Source of the DNA: Lingula anatina
Lineage: Eukaryota; Animalia; Brachiopoda
DNA length: 64,000 bases
Assembly: GCA_051362555.1 (NCBI GenBank)
Contig: CM120648.1
Coordinates: 19,960,587 to 20,024,586, forward strand
Direction of reading: 5' to 3'
Positions 47,601 through 59,884 of the stretch are shown here, piece after piece (position 1 is the first letter of the stretch; each line of letters begins with the position of its first letter). The notes beneath the pieces were generated by a model that saw only the letters and a list, made by a program, of their open reading frames with translations, made no database searches and was not told the DNA's origin. Made by a program: the position numbers and the translations under genes.

Positions 47601-48990
47601 CTTTCATCAGTGTTACCTGTTGTGCATAATTAAAATTTGATGTTGACTGTAAAGTTAAACATATTGTGTTGTTGCATCAGAGTTGGCAGTCTCCTGTTTT
47701 ATTTTGTGCATTATTTTTTTCTGCTTTTCTTAAGGTGTGACTTATGGGCCTGAAGACCTTGGATAGACAAATTTGTGTGGTCAGTCTGTAAATTCCCTTT
47801 GGGTATTCACTAGGCTAATTTCAGTGCTATAAACTCATTTGCCTAATTAAGCAATTAAATTAGGCCATTAAATGAAATTTCATAAAGCACCCTTGTTGAT
47901 ATTTCCCTGTAAACTCCCAAAGGTTAAGCTCTCTGCCAGATAACATATCGTCCATAATAAGGAAGCAATGAATAGCAGCTTCATTGGAATTATATATATT
48001 TTTTTCTTTTTAATTTTTTCTCCAACACTGGCATTTTTAAGATGTGATTTTTAACTCCCATCCACAGGGCCGTAGCCTCCAGGGGGGCTAGGGGGCAGCT
48101 GCCCCCCATGGGATTTGAGGTGCAAAAAAATAATAATAATAATAATAATAATAATCAAAAAGGTAAAAAAATAATTGCAAAGTTGATGTAAATTCTTTGA
48201 GAAAATGCACTCATGGCCACTAGACAATCATTCAACAATCTGTTTACAAAGTTGTACTGTTTTTAGCAAACTCAGTTCATGCCAATGCACCAGAATGCAG
48301 TATTATACATACAGTTTTTAAAAATGTTCCACACCGTGGGAGGGGGACAATCCCTCCCACACCCTTCCCCCTTGGGGGGCTTCGCCCCCTCGTGTCCGCT
48401 TACTGCCCCCCTGGCATTTTGCTCAGGCTACGCCCTGATCCACCTGACCTGAGGCTCTGCACATTTTCAGTATTTCCACATAAGCAGTTGTATTGGTATT
48501 TATGTCTTTAAACATGCTGCAATATTATTTCATGCACTGTCATCTTTTTTCATATATTGGGACTTTCATCATGTGAATTTTAACTCTCATGGTCCTGAAA
48601 CTGTAATCTTATTGAAGGGCTGGATTGAGACCATCTTCTGGGTCTCCTGGAAGACAGTCAAAATTTAAAGTTTATATTGACCGGTTTCTGTTGGAAGAAC
48701 ATCAAAATGGAGGATGGATCAACAAGGATTCTTTGGAATACTGTCAGAAAATATCTCTGGATCTGCATCTGTTAGTGTCCATGTTACCTGTTGTGCATGA
48801 TTATAAATTAGCGTTGACTGACTGTGCTATAATAAGCATACATTATTGCATCAAAATTGACAAAATGACATATTTTGCATCTTTTATTTTTCTGTTTTTT
48901 GCCTGTACATTTGAAAGCTTTGCTGCCTTGTTTATATCCTTCCATGAACAGCTATCATTTTTACGTACAGATGTGTCTGTACATATTGCC
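41640..48990 (+). repeat. Complex tandem array of Helentron-headed ~2.9-kb units with ~140-bp subrepeats (continues at 54773-54990)
   Basis: Head TGTACAGACACAGATGTGTCTGTACA, usually followed by (GTC)n, at ~41646, 42026, 42982 and 46060, with a variant at ~48963. Long units ~42978-45898 and ~46057-48935 are colinear. Confidence 0.85.
48065..48437. mobile_element. MITE inserted in the repeat array
   Basis: Ends CAGGGCCGTAGCC / GGCTACGCCCTG with ATCCA duplicated on both sides. The empty site CCCATCCACCTGAGG is present in the sister unit at ~45406. Confidence 0.75.
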
Positions 48991-49053
48991 ATCACCTGTG
49001 TCTGTTGTTGCCGTCGCCGTGTATTTTCAGTGTAAATACGATAAGTGGAAGAC

Positions 49054-49109
<56 letters not shown>

Positions 49110-49543
49110 CGTTTATTCACTCAAAGAAAAAAAAAAAGAAAATATACATATATAATGAAATATTTAAACAGATAATCAAAGATTGAATGCATGTAAAACA
49201 ATGCTGATGATAATTACGGTAGTTAAATACTAATAGATAAATAAAAAGAGCGTAAATATATAGAAATACTTTCACTCACTCATCCATCCATGCATACTAC
49301 GCGTGAGCTACGTATCGGCAACTATAACATATTTAATGAAATGTTTAGACAGGTAATCAAAGATTAAATGCATATAATACTGATGGTAATTACGGTAATT
49401 AAATACTGATAAATAAAAAAGAACATAAATATATAGACATACTTTCACTCACTCATCCATCCATACATACATGTACTACACGTATACATGCTTGTTGTGA
49501 ACTACATAACGGCAACTATAGCGTACTAGAGGTGAAAATTTTA

Positions 49544-52500
49544 TCACGTTATGGTAGGAATGCGTTTCCATTTTGTATTAAACCTATCTTCTTTTCCTGT
49601 CTTTATAGCAATGTATTTTTCTATTTTTTTCTTCTGGCTAAGAAAATGCAGAAACAGTTCAAAATCATAGACTGATGGATTTTCTGAATTTTTGTTTATG
49701 AATTGTTTAGCCACAATAATACAGAAATTTAAAGCTTTTACGCGCTGGTCGCTTGACAGACACCCGTACATTATAGTTTTTTCATTTTTTCTGAAGTGTA
49801 TGGTATTATTCGGAATGTTCCACCAGTTTTCAAATGCAATCCAAAAATTTCTTGCGCGTACACATTCCACAAAACGATGTATTATTGTTTCTTTCATATG
49901 GCAGTTAGTACATCCTGGGCTAGTAACTATTTTCATTTTGAACAGTGTAGAATTTGTGTACAGCACATTGTGAATTATTCTGTATTGCATTACTTGTAGT
50001 TGAGTTTCTTTGACAGACTCAAATGGTATTAAGAAAACTCTGCCAATCATTTTCACTTATGCCTGATTTGATAAGATGCAAACTTGCTGTGGGTAGATTT
50101 ATTACATTTCTTTCTATTAGCTTATCGTAAATGGTTTTTGTAGAGGCAAGAGTCCATACTATCTCATCTGAGTCTGTGTTGTCAACTGTTTCTGCATTTT
50201 CCCGAAGTTTACGTAACCATGATATCGGAATTGATTTTTTTACTTTTTCGTATTCTAGAAAATTCGGCAGCTTAATATCGAAGTTGTGTTGATTTATTAT
50301 TTCTACTAATGATATAAATTCACCATTAATATTTATGATATCTTGAATATAATTTACTCCGGCTTTTGACCAATGCCTTAGATATATTGACTTTTTATTT
50401 ACAAGTATGAATCTATTATTCCATATTATCTGTTTCTTTATATCGGAGGCATTATTAGGGTCTGTTTGTATTAAATCACTCCATGCATCTAGCATGGCTA
50501 CGTAATAAGGTGGCATGTCCGAAATGTTAATATTCTTAAGTTCATAATTACAACTGAAAATGAGTTTTCCTCCCACATTTCTTAAATATTTCAGTATGTT
50601 TATAACCCACGGATCATCGTTGTCAGCTAACATTATGCGCTTAACCATTGAGGCCTTCAGAGACCGCACGTGCGATGGCACATGTGTCAAATTTAAACCA
50701 CCTTTACTCTTTGGGGCTATTAATGTATTCTGCTTTAATTTTGGTTTTTTATCATTCCATAGAAATTTTTTGAATAAAGCATCTATCCTCAAAATAATAT
50801 CATTTGGGGTCTCAAGAACTGTATTAGCATAAACCAGTTTAGCCAGACCCAATGTTTTCAGTATTTGTATCTTTCCAATCCATGTGAGGTCTCTGCTGGA
50901 CCAAAGGTTAAGCAGCTTTTCAATTTGATCAACTTTTCTATCGAAGTCTAGAAACCTACAGCTTTCGTAATCATAAGAGAAATGAATTCCGAGAGCTTTT
51001 ATTGGTCTATCTGGCCATAGCAACCCGAGGGGCTTTTCGTTGTTGAATCTATTACTTCCAAGCCACAGGGCTTCGGACTTGCTCAAGTTTAGTTCTAAAC
51101 CAGAAATTTGTTTGAATTCAGATATTAATTTCAATGCGTTTTTAGCGGACCTAACATCATTTAGAAATAGCGTTGTATCGTCGGCATATTGGCATAATTT
51201 GTGTTCATGACGATCAATAGTGATTCCCCGTATGGATGGATCTGCGCGTATTGCGCAGGCTAGTATTTCTACGGCCAGCACGAATAGAGGGCCGGACAGT
51301 GGGCACCCTTGTCTTACACCTCTTGTAATTGAAAAGAATCGCGAGGAATATCCGTTGTTTGTAATACAACTGGAAGCATTGGCGTACATAATGTCAAACC
51401 ACTGAATGAAGTCAGGGCCAAAGTTAAATATTTTTAGGCATTTTTTTATAAATTCCCATTCAATGCAATCGAACGCTTTTTTAAAATCTAAGAAAATCGC
51501 CATCCCTTCTTTATTTTGCCTTTTTGTTGAGTACATAAGATCCCAGATGAGTCTTATATTTTCACCGATATATCTTTTTTTAACGTACCCGGTTTGGTTT
51601 TTGTTGATAATGGTTGGTAAAGTCGTTTCCATTCGTTTTGCAAGTGCTTTTGCGGCTATTTTGTAGCTTACGCTTAGCAAAGAAATAGGTCGCCAGTTTT
51701 CCAAACGGTGTCTATCCTTGTCTTTTTTGGGAATTAGTGTTATTATGCCCTGTCGTTGGCTAATATTTAACTGACCAGTTTCAAAAGCAAAATTTAAACA
51801 GTCTGCAATTTCCTCTCCTAATTCTTCCCAGAATTTCATGTAAAATTCTGCGGAGAGCCCATCAACACCCGGGGTTTTATTCTTCTTTTTTGTAAGTTCT
51901 TTGAGTGCGTTTTTGCACTCGTTAATGGTTAGCTTTCCTTCACATGCGATTTTTAGGTCGTTTGGAATTTGGGGTATGTTTTGTACATTGAAAAATTTGT
52001 TTGAGATTCTCTCGTTAATGGTAGTGTTCTGTGAGGTGTACAAATTTTCATAAAACTTTTCCTGTTCTTGTAGAATATCTTTATCATTAGTTACTGTTAG
52101 TGTATCACTAATTTCCAGTTTTGTAATTGTATTTCTGACTCGATTCCGTTTTTCCAAGTTGATAAAGTAATTTGTATTGCGTTCGCCCTTTTCGTACCAT
52201 CTCACTTTACTACGCATTATTGCACCTTCAGTTTTAGCTTCTAAGATTAAATCATGTTCAGTCTTAAGTTTTTCTAATTCTTTAGCTTTTTCTTTATTAA
52301 ATTGATTGTCTATCTCGGCCTGTAGCACGTTGATTTTTTTCCAAATGTCTCTTTCATTTTCTCTATGTTGTTTAGATTTTTGCTTTGAAAATTTTATTGA
52401 AAACTGCCGTATTTCCATTGTTATCATATCAAATGCTAAACCACGGTCCTCTAAGTAATTGTATCTGTTTTTTGCTTCATTAATTACATTTTTCATTTCG

Positions 52501-53305
52501 TTAATATATATTTCGTCTCCTAGTAAAGTATTATTGTGTTTCCAAAACCCTCGCCCTCTAACTGTCACATCTTTTGTCTTTAAAACCAAAGATATTGCAT
52601 CATGATCAGTGTAAGGTGCGTACAGTATCTCCGCCTTTTCTATAAAACAATTTTCTATAAGTTCGTTAGATGTTATCCAGTAGTCTAGTCTGCAGGAGAT
52701 GTTTGATTCGGAGTTTTTCCATGTGTATCTTCTTTCTGCACCATGGAACTTTCTCCATGTGTCATTTAAATGATATTTTTCCATAATAGTTTGTATTTCA
52801 TGTATAACTTTATCTTTAATGTGTGTGGACAGTCCACCATGTTTATCTATAGCTTGGACAATGTGCAGTTGAAGTCACCCCCTATAATTACATAATCAGA
52901 TTCATATTTAGCTAGTTCTTTATAGAGAAATCTATAAAATTCAACTTGTTCATTTATTTGATTTGGGGCATATATATTACACATAAGAAAAGTGCTCGTA
53001 CCAATTTTAATTTTCACGCCTAGAAGACGACCATCCGGGTCTGTAACTGTGTCTATAATGTCATATTCTATGTTATTTTTAAATAAAATCATCACCCCTT
53101 TGCTATGCCCAGTACCATGATTATACCAAACCTTTCCACCCCACTGAGCGCGCCATAATTTTTCGACTTTCTGCGAGCTGTAGGTTTCTTGTAGGAGGAA
53201 AACATTTTCAGGCCTTTTATGTAACCACCTAAATACTCCCTTTCTTTTCTTAAAATTATTTAGCCCCCGGACATTTAAGGATAATATACTAAAATCAAAA
53301 CTCAT
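49544..53305 (-). pseudogene. LINE ORF2 (APE endonuclease, RT, Cys/His motif) broken by two frameshifts
   Basis: SLNVRGL, LQETY, NIYAPN, GGDFN (52847-53305); RLDYW, TDH, PGVDGL, WRPISLL, GVRQGCPLS, YADD (50019-52784); CTNC...ETIIHRFVEC (49544-50056). Frame breaks near 52850 and 50050. Confidence 0.92.
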
Positions 53306-53645
53306 AATAGCATTTTAATGAATTGACAGACATAACGTTTTCGTTGATATATATGTATGTACGACAATGAGCCTCACCATTCTTTTCATCGCTTAACATA
53401 CAGACATGTACCACGTGCACACTTTTACTTTCGCACACAATCTCAGTCCAAGAAGTTATAATGCTCAGTCTTACGCACGGCCATTATGCACTTACTCACC
53501 TCATTTAAACACAAACATACACTCACACAATATACTACATATAAGAAAACGCACATGGGAGAGCGTTCAGTTTTGTGCAACAATTGGTTTTATGTGCAAA
53601 ATTAAAGCAAGAGGAAAATGGAAAAAGGAGGAATAAAGTTCAAGC

Positions 53646-54476
53646 TCAAGCGTTTCTTATCTTTAAATTAATATCATCGTGCAGGTCAAATTTCACCCTT
53701 TTTGTGCTGTCTTTCGGCCGACCATAGACTGACCCATTAAAGTACCATGCTTGATCAATTTCAGGGTGGTTAACGAGGCGCTGGATAAGTTGTGCGTTCT
53801 TTTTTGTGACGTCATCTGCCAGTCTCAAGTTTTGCCTCGAGGTTTTCATTGCCCTTCTGCACCTCATGATTTTGGCTTTTGTCTCCGTGTTATTCACTCG
53901 TAAAATTATAGGTCTCGGTTGTTGTGTTTTTGCCCCAGGTATACGATGTACTGCTAGAATGTCATCATCCCGGAGTGTTATCTGTGCTACTTCCTTCAAT
54001 GTGTCGCGTACGACGGACTTGGTGTTCTCCTTTGTCTCTTCCTTTATCCCGTAAATTTTAATATTGTTCTTACGTGAATACTGTTCATTGTAGTTTGATC
54101 GTTTGTCCGCCTCAAGACTCAGTTTTGTGAGATCTTTTATCTCCTCTTTCAATTTAAGTAAATCTTTGTCTTTCCTTGCAATGTTTTCTGTAAGGTTTTT
54201 ATTTTCAAATTCCAGGAAGTCTAATTTCTCTCGCATATTGTTGATTTGTGAACCCATTTCTTTTTTCATTTCTTTTAACATTTCTGTAACTAAGGTGGTT
54301 ACTAGTTCTTTCAGTTCGTCTTTGTTTATCATGTCTTTCATATAAGATTTTATTTCTTCTAGTTCCGCTAAGATAATGCTACTATTTTCTTCAGCACTTG
54401 TATTGGAGACTTCGCTGTGCGTACGTTTGGGTGTAGGCTCACCCTTTTTAGTGTTTTTTGTGTGTTTGGATGACAT
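53646..54476 (-). CDS. LINE ORF1 (coiled coil plus RRM/CTD, L1 ORF1p-like)
   Basis: Intact 276-aa ORF with heptad-rich region, EQYSRKNNIKIYGIKE, HRIPG...PRPIILR and DDVTKKN. Confidence 0.9.
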   Translation of the reverse strand: MSSKHTKNTKKGEPTPKRTHSEVSNTSAEENSSIILAELEEIKSYMKDMINKDELKELVTTLVTEMLKEMKKEMGSQINNMREKLDFLEFENKNLTENIARKDKDLLKLKEEIKDLTKLSLEADKRSNYNEQYSRKNNIKIYGIKEETKENTKSVVRDTLKEVAQITLRDDDILAVHRIPGAKTQQPRPIILRVNNTETKAKIMRCRRAMKTSRQNLRLADDVTKKNAQLIQRLVNHPEIDQAWYFNGSVYGRPKDSTKRVKFDLHDDINLKIRNA

Positions 54477-55490
54477 GCTGAAAGGTTGACAGCACTGCGT
54501 GAAATTTAATGTAGTCAGTATGTATCATCCACTATGCGACGTTCGCGCAGACTATGTCTATGTGATAAGGTTAAAAAATATCAGTGATTCACCTTATTTG
54601 TACTTTCTCCACCCGATCAGCTCGTTCACGGATGTACACTTGTTCAGTATGTATCACATCAGACGTTGGGTTCACTTGTCTATGTCAAGAAAGACCAATT
54701 TATGTCCCGTGTCCTAGAGTTCGTGTCAACCTCTACGCCATCTTGTCTCCCCGCTCCGTGGAAGACAGTTTTACTTTATGGCTTTATGTTTAGAGCTGAT
54801 GAATATTCAAAAAACACAGGTCAAGTTCAAACATCAGCATGAACGGACCTTTATTGTAGAAGTTAAGCTGTTTTTTCACTTTTCAGAATATATGCAACAC
54901 TGTAAACACATTTCAAGGAAAACTGATAGGCCTGTCATGAAACTCACAGGAGTAATCAATCTTACAAAAACGCAGGTCAAGTTCGGTCAGTACGTCAATA
55001 CAAGCGTGCGAGGCAAGTGTGAAGCAAAAGGAAATTACTTTCGCCCTGCGTAGCATTCTCTTCATAAGTGGTGAGTGCGTGCCAGGTATGCAGGTAGCGA
55101 GACAAACTCGAGAAATGAGTACATCGCACCTTGAAATAGAGGCTGTCCGGGTTCTCAACGAGAAGACCCAGGTTCCCCGTGATTTTACGAGATCTGCTTT
55201 GAGGTGGGGTTAAAATATGGAGACCACAAGGAAGTAGAGCAGCGATTTCTTTACTTGAAAAATAGCTGAACTTACACATTTTTGGAGCTACAGGCTTGTT
55301 CTTTTTTCACTTTATAAAGAAAAAGTATTGATATTATTGATACGTACAACTGACATGTTGAATTTGCCAAGCTAAGAGCCGATGACGCTTGCAAAGCAAA
55401 ATTCGCCCGGAGGACGTACTACGCAGCAAAGGTCGCGTTAAACAGGCTACATCACCAGATACTTGCTTGTAGTACAGGAAAATGACATTA

Positions 55491-56037
55491 GAGCGCATTC
55501 TCAACGAATTAAGCCAGGCTTTACAAAGCCGGTGACCTAAAAATGGTGGACGTACATGAAAGAAAAACCGCCTAATCTTTTAATAGTCTCTCCGCCTCTC
55601 ACACGCCTCCCCACACGTCGTCCCTGCGGGGTACAGTAATTAAATCTCGGCTCCGAACATTAATATTTCCGTGAATATCTCTGGTGATATTATCTACGTA
55701 GATAGTCGATTCATTGTTGCTCTACGGGTCAAATTATTCCTTTTTCGTCTCTGTTTTCAAAGATAATAGAACAGAAGAGCTTTTTTCCTTCGATCGCCTT
55801 CAGCCGCCATGATTTCTTCACCACGAGTTTAACTGATGAGCATGTGCACTTAATATTTCTCAGGTAGCTTCCGCATGGCGAACGGAGACGCGATTTAATT
55901 ACTGTACCCCGCAAGGACGACGTGTGGGGAGGCGGAGAGACTATTAAAAGATTAGGCGGTTTTTTGTTTCATGTACGTCCGCCATTTTTAGGTCACCGGC
56001 TTTGTAAAGCCTGGCTTAATTCGTTGAGAATGCGCTC
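55491..56037. mobile_element. MITE with ~165-bp TIRs
   Basis: GAGCGCATTCTCAACGAATTAAGCCAGG... is the near-perfect reverse complement of ...CCTGGCTTAATTCGTTGAGAATGCGCTC. TA on both flanks. Confidence 0.85.
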
Positions 56038-56768
56038 TATAAGTTACCATGCCCGTTGATACGCATGCCTTTTAGATGAAAGTGGCTAAGATTGAATGAG
56101 AATCGGACGGATGATGCCCCGGCAGCTTCCAATTGTTCATGTGGCCAATGTGTTCATTTTTGATTGTTCTTCATTGACTGGTCATTTCATGAGATCCGTT
56201 TGAACAACAAAAGCTTTATAACTACAACTAATTTTTCTTTATAAATGTTTTACTATTAAACTTTATTTATAAAGAAGTAAAAAAAATCATTTGACATTTC
56301 ATTTACTGATGGATGGCATATCAGAACATTAGACTTGCCTGCATCTTTGTTTTAATTTCACTAAATTTATAGTAACTAATTCAAAAGGATCTAGTTTGAT
56401 CATAAAGTTTATTTTCTTCATATAATTACTTGTGAAAATGATGCTATAGAAACTAATGGATAGCATTCACAAAATGTAAGTTTCATTGTGATCAGATCCG
56501 ACTTAAATGACAGGAAAGATGACAAAATAAAGTATTAAAATGGACAACATATAAGTTGAAATTTTCACAAAATCATTGCATTTTATTGACAGTTATACAC
56601 AAATGCAACAAATAAACACGACAAGCGAATTTGTATTTGTGATCTGAGTAAATGATATGAAAAACAGGTGTCATATAGTTATTAAAAAAGTCACTACAGT
56701 AACATAAGAATGATACTAGCAAGAAAAATAATTTTCTTCATTAAATCACTAGTGCAGTACAATTCATA

Positions 56769-56854
<86 letters not shown>

Positions 56855-58293
56855 CAAATATTTCATTTTAAAGTAATAAAGAAAATGCCTGATACTGTAA
56901 GTGACACCCAGACAAAAATACCACCTGTTGACTCCTGATATAATTAAGTAAACAACATAATAACTAAGGACATAAGAGATTAATATACACTGAACAATCT
57001 TCAACATCTGATTATCCTGACCACATGACTCTCACAGTTCTTGCCTGGTCCAATAACATGTGCTGTGTCTTTCATGCTCTAAAATAAATAAAAAATAACT
57101 CAGTTTTCTGAAATATACATCATCATGTGATAAACGTTGTTGTAAAATACCAACTATAATTTCTATTTTACTCGCAATTATCATAACTGACCACCCGGCA
57201 TGGAATGTTACAAATGCAACTGAACATTGTGTATGCTTAATAGGTGTGGAAGGTTCACCAGTATTTCATAATCAGGTACACGTTATATGATTGGAGATAG
57301 GAATGGTACAAGCAAATTTGTCTGATATACATGTAGTTACCGTAAAAGACTATTAATCACAAGTACTAGGGCTGTATTACATAAATAAACCATGGTGTCC
57401 TGTAAACTACACAAAAAACTTACTTATTAATATGCCCCTCGACCGTTGATGATACAGTCTATACGGTGATGCCATGGAGCCAGTGACGTGCTGGGTGCGA
57501 GTTGTCTGCAGTTGGTCTATTTCTTTCTACAAAATACTGCGACCTGATATGTACTTAAAACATGTCGGCACTTAGTCCTTTTAATCTAATCAAGCCCAAC
57601 TTCTCTTTCTTCACTTCACTTCTCTCGCCAGTCGTGTCCGTCATCCATGGTCATTTTCCTGTTTTTTTCGCTTAACTTTAACTGCAATGCACCCTACGAC
57701 ACAACATTAGCAATTCGCCATTGCGTTGCTCTATCTCAAATTACATGACAACGCCAAATTTTACTCAGTGCAATCCTATAAGTATAACATAGACTTGTGC
57801 CCGACCGCGAGAGAAGTTTTAATGGCAGATTTTAACCCCACCTCTCGTGAAATCTCGCTCCAAGACAGATCTCGTTTGACGTCATCTGCTGCGCAGATGT
57901 TCAAAATAGGCTATCCCGGACATTCCCTATTAGCGTCCCTGCTTCATACATGGACCCTGCGACTCGCAAGGCAGACTTGCGCCTCCACTGAACCCAAAAT
58001 TCGCAGGGGCCGTACGATCCTAAAATTCGTGCGTACGGTTGTGACCAAGGCTTCAGTAAGGGGGAGGGAGAGGGATCCAAGCTGCCGCTGGTTCAAAGTC
58101 ACCTTACTCCTGAGTAAGCAAATGAATTTTACAGAGGTGAATACAGAAGCAGGTCGAGTTATATAATCAATACTGTATATACGGTATATACCAAAAATAG
58201 ACGCTCTTATATACAATGAATTTACACATGAAAGGACACACGTTTCATTACAACACGTGTCATTTATTTCATCTACTTCAATTTGCGATCTAA

Positions 58294-58650
58294 CCCAGAT
58301 AGCATGTCGCTGGTGGGCCGACGTGGGGCCACCGACTCCAACTACGTCGGCCCACCAGCTACTGTCGCCGGAGGGACTACATTGGCCTGACCGCCCGTCC
58401 AACATTGGCCCACCAGCTACTGTCGCCGGAGGGACTACATTGGCCTGACCGCCCGTCCAACATTGGTCCACCAGCTACTGTCATCGGAGGGACTACATTG
58501 GCCTGACCGCCCGTCCAACATTGGCCCACCAGCTACTGTCGCCGGAGGGACTACATTGGCCTGACCGCCCGTCCAACATTGGCCCACCAGCTACTGTCGC
58601 CGGAGGGACTACATTGGCCTGACCGCCCGTCCAACATTGGCCCACCATTG
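58294..58650 (+). mobile_element. Left end of a CCCAGATAGCA-type CACTA-like element with five 58-bp tandem repeats
   Basis: Same terminal 11-mer as 17490. Unit CCCACCAGCTACTGTCGCCGGAGGGACTACATTGGCCTGACCGCCCGTCCAACATTGG, period 58 (58351, 58409, 58467...). No right TIR found. Confidence 0.7.
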
Positions 58651-58774
58651 GCAGTTAGAGCCTGGCAGCCGTTAAAGCTGGACAGCGTGTAAGGGCGCTC
58701 GAGCCCATTTTGCTTCAATTAAAATCGGCTTAAGCATAAGCGTCGAAGATTTTTTTGTTCTTTTATCCCTGACA

Positions 58775-59884
58775 ATGGCTGAAGAATTCCAGTCTTGGGT
58801 GAAGGCTAACGAGCTCTCGGAAGACACGGTAGATATCTTAAAGGATGCAGGATTCTTCTCACTCAGGAGTTGCAAGAAACTCACAGAGCCACTCATTCAA
58901 AGACATTTCAGTAAATCTCTACCGCTGGCTCAGATCCTCCTTCTCCAAGATGCGGTGCTTACCCTACAACAAGAACATAGTTCTCAGCTACAGAACAACC
59001 AGAGTCCAGCTACGTCTAACAGTGTGTCTGCTGCAACCTCTACTCCCGAAACTGGAGACAAGAAAACCCAAGACGAGGCCCCAGCCATCTTGCCAGGGAC
59101 ATCCGGGACCCCTAATATGGCGGCTCCCAGCGCGCAAACTGAAACAGGAAACACCGGGGACCTCGATTACACCAGGTTATCCCAACTACTAGACATTGGG
59201 AACGGGAATGGGAATCAACCCAACAGAGTTCATCAGAGAAAGCACGACGGTAAGGGGATATTTGATCCTTTTTCAACTTCTGATAGACAAAGAAAACTTA
59301 ACAAGCATCGCGACATACGTAGCTATGTAATGTTTGCAGACAAATTTGAAGCGAAAAGTGACACACCAGTCCGTATTGGCGATTTACAGCTTTCCCTCTC
59401 CGACAGAAAACTTCCCCTGGAGCGCATTTCCCCACTGCAATACACAGAAGCGTCGATGAAAATATTAAGGGAAATGGTGGCCGACGACGGCGCGGACATT
59501 CAAACAGTCATGGACTACACCAGCTACGTGACAAAAGTGGCATGCATGGGACAATCTTTTAATTGGCAATCAGTCTTACGCTTCGACGCAGAGTATAGGA
59601 AATCTCAGAGCGAGATGGGATTTCCATGGGGAACCGACAGCCCCTTTCTCATGCAGGTGTTGTTAAAACCGAATTCAACCCAACCAACAGCCAGAGGGAA
59701 ACAAACAAAATTGGACACAGCGACGGGTCGACCCATTTGTATGAAATTTAACGGTCGCCAGGGCTGCTCTTTCCCGAACTGCCGTTATGCTCACGTGCGT
59801 GTAGCCTGTTCCAGTACTACTCATGGGGAATACACGCACAAGCAGCAAGGGACCAGTGCCACAGCAAGAAATCCTTCGCATTGA
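58775..59884 (+). CDS. Gag-like ORF of a Ngaro/DIRS retrotransposon
   Basis: 369-aa ORF with WQSVLRFDAEYR and a C-terminal CCCH finger CMKFNGRQGCSFPNCRYAH. Confidence 0.85.
   Translation: MAEEFQSWVKANELSEDTVDILKDAGFFSLRSCKKLTEPLIQRHFSKSLPLAQILLLQDAVLTLQQEHSSQLQNNQSPATSNSVSAATSTPETGDKKTQDEAPAILPGTSGTPNMAAPSAQTETGNTGDLDYTRLSQLLDIGNGNGNQPNRVHQRKHDGKGIFDPFSTSDRQRKLNKHRDIRSYVMFADKFEAKSDTPVRIGDLQLSLSDRKLPLERISPLQYTEASMKILREMVADDGADIQTVMDYTSYVTKVACMGQSFNWQSVLRFDAEYRKSQSEMGFPWGTDSPFLMQVLLKPNSTQPTARGKQTKLDTATGRPICMKFNGRQGCSFPNCRYAHVRVACSSTTHGEYTHKQQGTSATARNPSH

Larger units (their letters stand above)
49060..54757 (-). mobile_element. Full-length L1/Tx1-clade LINE
   Basis: Poly(A) tail seen as a T-run at 49056-49106, TSD GTGGAAGACAGTTTT (49045-49059 and 54758-54772), ORF1 and ORF2, and a G-rich 5' end. 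Confidence 0.95.

Noticed and set aside
41215-49186. Many 60-136 aa ORFs in the repeat array, and ORFs with IYIY, poly-F or poly-N tracts elsewhere
   Set aside because: They are translations of satellites and microsatellites with no coding signal.
58350-58650. Regular GC-rich repeats resembling a CRISPR array
   Set aside because: These are head-to-tail 58-bp units with no unique spacers and no cas genes, in a eukaryotic context; they are transposon subterminal repeats.
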